A DNA stretch of 58,069 nucleotides, counting the filler, from Basidiobolus ranarum (Eukaryota): NCBI GenBank assembly GCA_040143965.1. It is 8 parts of 8 records of this genome, joined end to end, with 100 filler letters (N's around TTAATTAATTAA, not from the genome) between each part and the next. Parts side by side here need not be neighbours in the genome. Positions count along the whole stretch, not along the records: positions 50,933 to 58,069 come from JASJQH010001172.1; 7 more parts are not named here. One strand, written 5' to 3'. Shown here piece by piece: positions 51,476 through 58,069 of the stretch (position 1 is the stretch's first letter; each line of letters starts with the position of its first letter). The translations under genes were made by a program, and so were the position numbers. The notes under the pieces were generated by a model, which saw only the letters and a program-made list of their open reading frames with translations, made no database searches and was not told the origin of the DNA.

Positions 51476-54400
51476 TTCCTACCCAACTGATTATTTTGTA
51501 TTTCTCTTAAACCTAACTTATATGTTAAAAATTTAAATTGTGCTTTAGCTAATGGTTTGGTTAAGATGTCAGCAATTGTTTCTTTAGCAGGGCAATAGAC
51601 AAGTTCAATTAAATCATTGTCTAATGCTTCTCTAACAAAATGATGGCTAATCTCTATAAGTTTTGTTCTAGCATTCAATGTGGGGTTTTAGCTAATGAAA
51701 GACAACTTTGATTATCTTCAAATACAGTAATAACATGATTTTGCATGTATCCTAAGTCTGTATACAACTTCCTCAGCAACATATCTTCTTGTGTAGTCGC
51801 AGAGGTAGCCATATACTCCGCTTTTGTAGTGGAAAGAGCTATGGTTGGTTGCTTCTAACTACTCCAAGTTATGGCTCCATTACCATGAAGAAAAGTCTGC
51901 CCAATTGCTGAACTTCTATTATCAAGGTTTCTTCCCCAGTCTCCAACACTGTAGCCTTCTATATTTTGTGCATCAGTAGTACCAGAATATTCCAGAACTT
52001 GATCTGCAGTTACTCTCACAAACCTGAATGTTTCTTCTACTGTAATTTTGTGATTAGATCCTGGATTCCTGAGATATTGGCTGACAATTCCAACTGCCAC
52101 AGCAATGTTTGGTCATGCTCCAATCATTGTATATATCAAACTATCAAAAATGGATTTGCAAGGGAAATCCTGGCTTCAATTTTAGTCATGTTGGGCTAAA
52201 TTTAATGAAATTTTGATTGACTTCACATTGGGATCCATTGGTCTTAGTACATTCTGATTAAATGTTTCTAGATCATTTGTGATTATGGCCAAGTCATCCA
52301 CATATAGTGTGCAGTTGAGGATCCCATTTCCAGCTGTTTTCATAAAGATGCTGTGATCTGCTGCGCATTTATGGAATTCAAGTGGTTGCAAATAGGTATC
52401 TGTATCTTGTGGTACCATGCCCTGGGTGTTTGCTTGAGTCTGTATAATAATTTGGCAGTTTTAAGACCATATCAGGATGTTTTGGTTCAACAAATCCATC
52501 TAGTTACTCCATATAGATCTCTTCTAGATTTCCATTCAGAAAGGCTGTTGTTACATCCATTTGATGAAAATCAAGATAATGGACAGCTTAAAGTGCCAGG
52601 ATTGATCTTATGGAGCTAAATGTGGCCACTGAAGCAAAAGTTTCATTAAAATCAACTCCTGGAGTTTGGGAATAACCTTTTGCAACTAATCTTGTTTGTT
52701 CCTCTCTATGGTAACATCAGCTTGGTTATGGACTGTGTAGACCCTTTTGCAACTAATTCCAGGAAATAACTTGATTAACCTAAATCAGGCTTCTGAAATT
52801 GGTTAGATAATCTAATTTTCATCTGTTTAAGTGCTTCTATATTATTGGTGGCTATGTTAAAGTCATCCACATACAGTGCCAAGATAAGGATCCTATTTCT
52901 GGCTGTTATGATGTAAATACTGTGATGTGCTTTGCATTTTTGGAATTATAATGATTCCCAGAAGGTAGCTTTCTTGTTGTACCAAGCCCTGGGTGCTTGC
53001 TTGAGTCCGTATTGCAATATTTGCAGTATACAGACCATATCAGGATGTTTTGAGTCAACAAATACATCATGTTGCTGAATGTAGATCTCCTCTTCTAGAT
53101 ATCCATTCAGAAATGCTGTTTTTACAACTATTTGATGTAAATCAAGGCTATCAATGGCTAAGAGGGCCAGAATTGATCTGATAGTGCTAAACTTAGCTAC
53201 TGCAGCACAAGTATTGTTAAAATCAGCTCCTCTAGTCTGGGTATAACCTGTTGCAACTAATCTTACTTTGCTCCTTTCAATGGTTCCATAGGCTTAGTTT
53301 TTAATTTTTTAGACCAATTTGCAACCAATTGGTTTTCCTCCTGATGGTTGAGGATTTGAAACCCACATTTTATTGTCTTGAAGTGAAGAAAACTCATCAG
53401 ACATTGCTTTTTCCCAGAACATTCATTCTGGACAATACAGAGCTTGTTTTAGAGTCTGTGGCTTGTCACAAAAAGCTGCATAAGCATGGACACCATTATT
53501 GGTAGTGTTCTACTAGTTCCCTAACTGATTTGTCCTTCTAAATGATCTTCTAAGTTCTGATTCACTCTCTTATATATATAGTAGGGGCTGCTATTTTGGT
53601 CAAATCAGGCTCAAATACAGATGCAACTTTGGTAGACACTTCCTACAAGTGCTGGTTGTGCTTTCTGAATCAAAAACTGTGATTTGAGGTGACAAATTGC
53701 TATTTCAGCGCAGGTCACATAACTGCACTTAATTAACTTTTGATTTTTGGTATCTAACAGTCTGTCTGTGTTAGATACATCATAGTAAGCAAACAATATG
53801 CATTTTCTGTTTCTGGGTCCCAATTCAGAGTGTTGTTGAGCAGGAATTAGGTAATAAACTGTGCAACAAAAGATGCTGAGATCAGCCACACTTAGTTTTG
53901 ATTCATAGAGTGCTTCAAATGGAATAAAATTCTGTAGCAATCTTGTAGGGCATTTGTTTTTGATATAAACATCAGTAAAGACAGATACAGCCTGATATTT
54001 GTAATCCAACTTTTGATGATGCAACATTGATCTTGCCATCTCTACTATGAAATAGTTAATATGTTCTGCAACTCCATTTTGATGAGGGGTATGAGGTACA
54101 GTAGTTTGCTGCTTGATTCCATGTCTTGAACAAAAACTAGCAAAACCTTTGGAGCAGTACTTTTCACCATTAGCACTCCTTAGCACCTGTATTTTTTGTG
54201 CTGATTCTTTCTCTGTAAGTGCATTGTAGTGCTTGAATGTAATTAAGGCATCATTATTTGATTTGAGAAAGATTGCCCAGTTAAATACGGTTTTGTGAAC
54301 CATAAATGTGATGGCATTTTTTTGCCACATGGTGAGAAGTTTTTCATGTGCCCACATCAGTCAAAATGAGTCAGGGCAAATTTCTGAGTGGATTTGATCT

Positions 54401-54794
54401 CTCTGAAGCTTAAATAATGCTGTCTGTGATGCTTTCCATATATGCAACCTTCACACATATCTAATTTGGTGATATTTTCAAGTTCTAAGCATGAAACACA
54501 CTAATTTTGGAACATTTGGGTCAGCTTTTGTTTCCCAATGTGGCCCAATCTTCTATGTCATGTTGACAGCTTATTTCACCAGTTGTGGGCAAGTTTGCAT
54601 GCTTAGAATGCAATTAGTTGATTTCAAGCTTGCATGAATTTTGAGTTTTGAATCTAGTAGCTGATTCAGGTTAATTCCAATCTGTGATAGTGTATCTAGC
54701 CTTGTTGAACAAAACAAGACTTTGTAGAGACTGTTAATGGTAGCTACAAAGTATTAAACAATATTTCAGGACACTATGGCCAGAGTAATCCACA

Positions 54795-55145
54795 TGATAA
54801 AAGTGTTCAGGAGATTTGCAAGTGTTTTAGACAAGAACTGGATTTGCAAATTAGACACTTTAGTTTTAGTGAATTGAATAAGTCCTATTTATAATTTACT
54901 ATGAACTAGGGCTATTGAGCATGCTTAGAATATAACCAACATGCCTGTTAAGCATGGGTGAAAGTTTGAGGTGATTTAGGGAAGTTTCAAGAAAATAGTG
55001 AAATTGGTAAAAGTGATTTAATTGACAATTCTATCAATTAGAGCAATAAACACACATTTTTGAATAGCAGAATTGAGTGCTAAATAATCAGAATATTGAT
55101 AAACTAACTACTAAATAATGAGTTGCTATTTACCTAATTTCTACA
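54795..55145 (-). repeat. copia LTR (351 bp)
   Basis: TGTAGAAA...TTTATCA. Same length as, and highly similar to, 21353-21703. Confidence 0.85.
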
Positions 55146-55599
55146 CTTCAGAGGTGTAAACAGAAAAGCAAGAAAACTTATTGAATTGGAAGATTTTTGG
55201 AAGGCAACTTGAAGCAGTCCAGACTATTAGGCAGACATACCTGATCACTTCAAATCGAAAAAATCTTGACCAGATATCTATGTCACAAGATGAATACACA
55301 TAACTTATAACTGGAATTGAGACGACACCTCTAAGAAAGGCAAGAGCACAACAAGTTGACCCAGCAGCTAGTGGTAGTCATTAATGGCAAGGCCAGCTTG
55401 GTAGAGTCTGCAATATATCTCCTGTTTTTGACAATGAGCAAGCAGTCAATTAAGAACCATCATGAGGATGGCCTGCATTCTCAAGTATCATGGTCAACAA
55501 TTTACTTGTTTCCAATGAAACAATGAGTGAGCTTTCACATCTGGAGTAGAGTCAGCTCCAAGGAGTGTGCAACCGGACAGGAGTTCCAGTGTAACACAC

Positions 55600-56658
55600 T
55601 GTAGTGTTAAAAGATTCCAGCAATATCTTGGACAAATTAAGCAGAAATTAATTTTACATTGCTATCTTTCAATATTTTTAGAGATCAAGAAGAAGAGTAA
55701 GTACTCTCAATCACTTATAAGCATGTCAATTCTTGATCAATTCCAGTGATTTTTACCATGATAATAATTGCAAAAATTGGATATTTTCAATGATGAAGAA
55801 TCATAAAATGTGATCAATTATAGGTAGAGCTACTTTCATTTCAAAATTGCTATCATAGAAATTTACACTAGTATATATTCAGACTACAAGACTTGAGGAA
55901 CTTAAGATGTCCACAAAATTAGTGATAATTTTTGAACAAATCAACATATACTACACACATTTACTCAAAGCTGCAAAAGTACTAGATGCTAATTTGCTCA
56001 AGTTTTCAAGGTCACAGCTGCAATACCAGTGACCTCTTGGGCAATTAGATGTTAAGCCACCCACTCATAGCTTTTATACTCAGCCACTAACTAAGGGCAT
56101 TTAATCTCAGCCATGTCATTATATGAACAAGGCTTCCTGCTTGTGAAAAAGCTTCCAGCCTTTGTACCAATCAAAACTGCACCATATCAATGATCCTCTC
56201 TTATACTATATATTTGACCCTGATCATAGTAGGATAATAAAGATTCCTGTTGCAGCTCAAATAGGCTGGCCTTTGAAGATTGCAGTTCAGATTATTTCAT
56301 AGCTGTGTTCACTTTTACAGCCACAGAGTATACTTCACTTTTAATCTAAGTCTTTACCAATCTTAAAGATCTATATCTATTCTTCAGACTTCAAGTAAGT
56401 GAAACCACCAGAGTTATATCTGTCTTTGTGCTTGTAAAGATTCTTGATAATTCTCTCATCAGAGATAATCTTTTCTCAGAAAGTGTTGAGGATATTAACA
56501 AACTATAGTGTGGCTTTACTCTTTAAAGATAGAGTGAAGAATATATCTTCTATCAATCTTTTGAAGATTCCTTTATAAAAAATTTGGCTTCACTGGAGAT
56601 TTGTAATGGGACCAAGTTTTTCTGAACATTTAAGTTAACATCTATATCCCACACTCTA
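55600..56658 (-). mobile_element. second copy of the ~1.06 kb solo-LTR-like repeat
   Basis: Reverse-complement similarity to 45553-46618 along its length (e.g. ttcttcactctatctttaaag, aaaactgcaccatat). Flanks ACAC / ACAT may be a mutated 4-bp TSD. Confidence 0.8.
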
Positions 56659-57187
56659 ACATTCCTGGTTGATGCATAGAGCTGCCTACCTGCAGCAACA
56701 GCTGGTTGAACTAACAAGTGCAAGCTCTACATGTGAAGAAGAGACTGTAGATGCAAAAAACTGTAAACTTGAACCAATAAGCCAATGCAAGTCACAGTGC
56801 ATCAAGTTCATGCCACAACTTATACTGGCTAAGATAAAGGAACTTGGGCTGGATCAAACTAACCAACTCAGTGGAGAGGTTCAAGCAATGGCCTTTCCAT
56901 GCAAATGGCATGGAGACAGCAAAAATAATAGGGGCATATCAGCATTTAACACTTGAAACCTGGGTAACTGTTGAACAGTCTTCTTACTACATATATTATC
57001 CTATCTTTACTGTGTAGTGCATCATTTGTAATTGAAATGGATTGCAGTTAAATATAGCTTAAATTGCTTGAGTACAATCACAATCACTTATTTGCTTATG
57101 AAGCACTGATAGTGTGAAATTGTGATATATCAAAAAAATCAATGATAGCCTATTAATGCATTGTATATCAAAAAAGCTCAAGGACAC

Positions 57188-57625
57188 TGTAGTATTGGAA
57201 ATCTTCCAACAATACCTTGCACATATTAGGTAGGAAGAATATTATTCATTGCTATTCTTTGATATTCTTACAGATCAAAAAGAAGAGCAAGTATCTTCAA
57301 TCACTCACCCTTGTGTCAAAACTTGATTGATTTCAGTAGCTTTGCAACCATGCAAAAATCATAAGATTTCAACAATTATTGCTGGAGCCACAACCATTTC
57401 AAAATTGCCAGTACAAATTTAACACCAACTTATATGCAGAACATGGGAATTCAGGACCTCAGTATACTAACAAAATTCATGGTAACTTGTGAATTGACTG
57501 ACAGATTTCATTCAAATTTTGCCCTGGGTGGCAGCAGTTCCAGATGCATATGCTTTCAGAGTTTCAAGGCCACTGCTACAATATTAGTGATCCTATTGGC
57601 AACTCAATGTTAAACCACTCACTCG
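57188..57625 (-). mobile_element. partial third copy of the ~1.06 kb solo-LTR-like repeat
   Basis: tgtagtattggaaatcttccaacaataccttgc...taggaagaatatta matches the reverse complement of ~46150-46618. Confidence 0.75.
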
Positions 57626-57639
57626 TATCTCTAGCAAGA

Positions 57640-57800
57640 ATAAAATCAATATGATCCAGATTGCATTCATCATTCAAAATTGCAAACTGTCAGAGAACAA
57701 TCACAATTTTGGTGGCTTGCATTCTGCCAGGCATTGTGATGGTGTGATGGCCATTTCTTGATGGTTTTTTGACAATATTCAAACATGTTAAAGTATTAGA
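57640..57800 (+). pseudogene. fragment of CACTA second ORF 3' end
   Basis: gtcagagaac...ggtggcttgcattctgccagg...gatggtgtgatggccatttcttga matches 19150-19224. Confidence 0.7.
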
Positions 57801-58069
57801 CTTGTTCCCTTTTATTGAGCCAGATCAGGCCAGCTAAAAAGTGTGCCAGCACAAATTGGCTTGATTGGGCACTATCCAGCATGAGGTTATTTACTGTTTT
57901 GGAAACAGTTTATTTTATTTATGTGGTATATTTAAAAAAGTACTTTTAGACAATATTGCACATTCAAAAGATGATGAAAGCTTTATTCATAGTGTCTTAA
58001 GTCTAGAGCTCTCAATGGATATCTTTGAGTATGAATGTATTGAGAATTAATCAAGATTTTGACTACTTT

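Larger units (their letters stand above)
51126..55145 (-). mobile_element. degenerate Ty1/copia retrotransposon (gag-deleted; pre-integrase, integrase, duplicated RT, RNase H; LTRs at both ends)
   Basis: *HRRLGHIG (~54560), integrase LRSANGEKY...QTTVPHTPHQNGVAE, RT KQAPRAWY and LYVDD, RNase H ALSTTKAEYMA and TKLIEISHHFVRE...ADILTKPL. The IN-RT-RH order is copia-type. PPT AGTTGGGTAGGAA at 51488-51476. Confidence 0.92.

Overview
This window is not one locus. It is eight unrelated ~7.1-7.2 kb contigs in decreasing size order, joined by artificial N44-TTAATTAATTAA-N44 linkers. The DNA is eukaryotic and AT-rich, with short GT-AG introns and fungal-type proteins; an early-diverging fungus is inferred but not proven. 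Gene-rich contigs carry transketolase, a GUP1-type MBOAT, a Set3-like PHD+SET protein, a partial chromodomain-like ORF, a CAF16-like ABC ATPase and xylulose kinase. Contig 6 holds a decayed eukaryotic nitrate reductase pseudogene and a tandem array of three miniature HSF-domain genes (one intact, one pseudogene, one cut by the contig end) that the ORF track mostly hides because of introns. Contigs 3, 7 and 8 are CpG-depleted transposon graveyards: five degenerate CACTA/CMC transposase copies with a convergent second ORF, Ty1/copia fragments with a ~350 bp LTR, and a ~1.06 kb solo-LTR-like repeat with a 4-bp TSD. Contig 4 is mostly decayed retroelement sequence. All calls are by eye, with no database searches.
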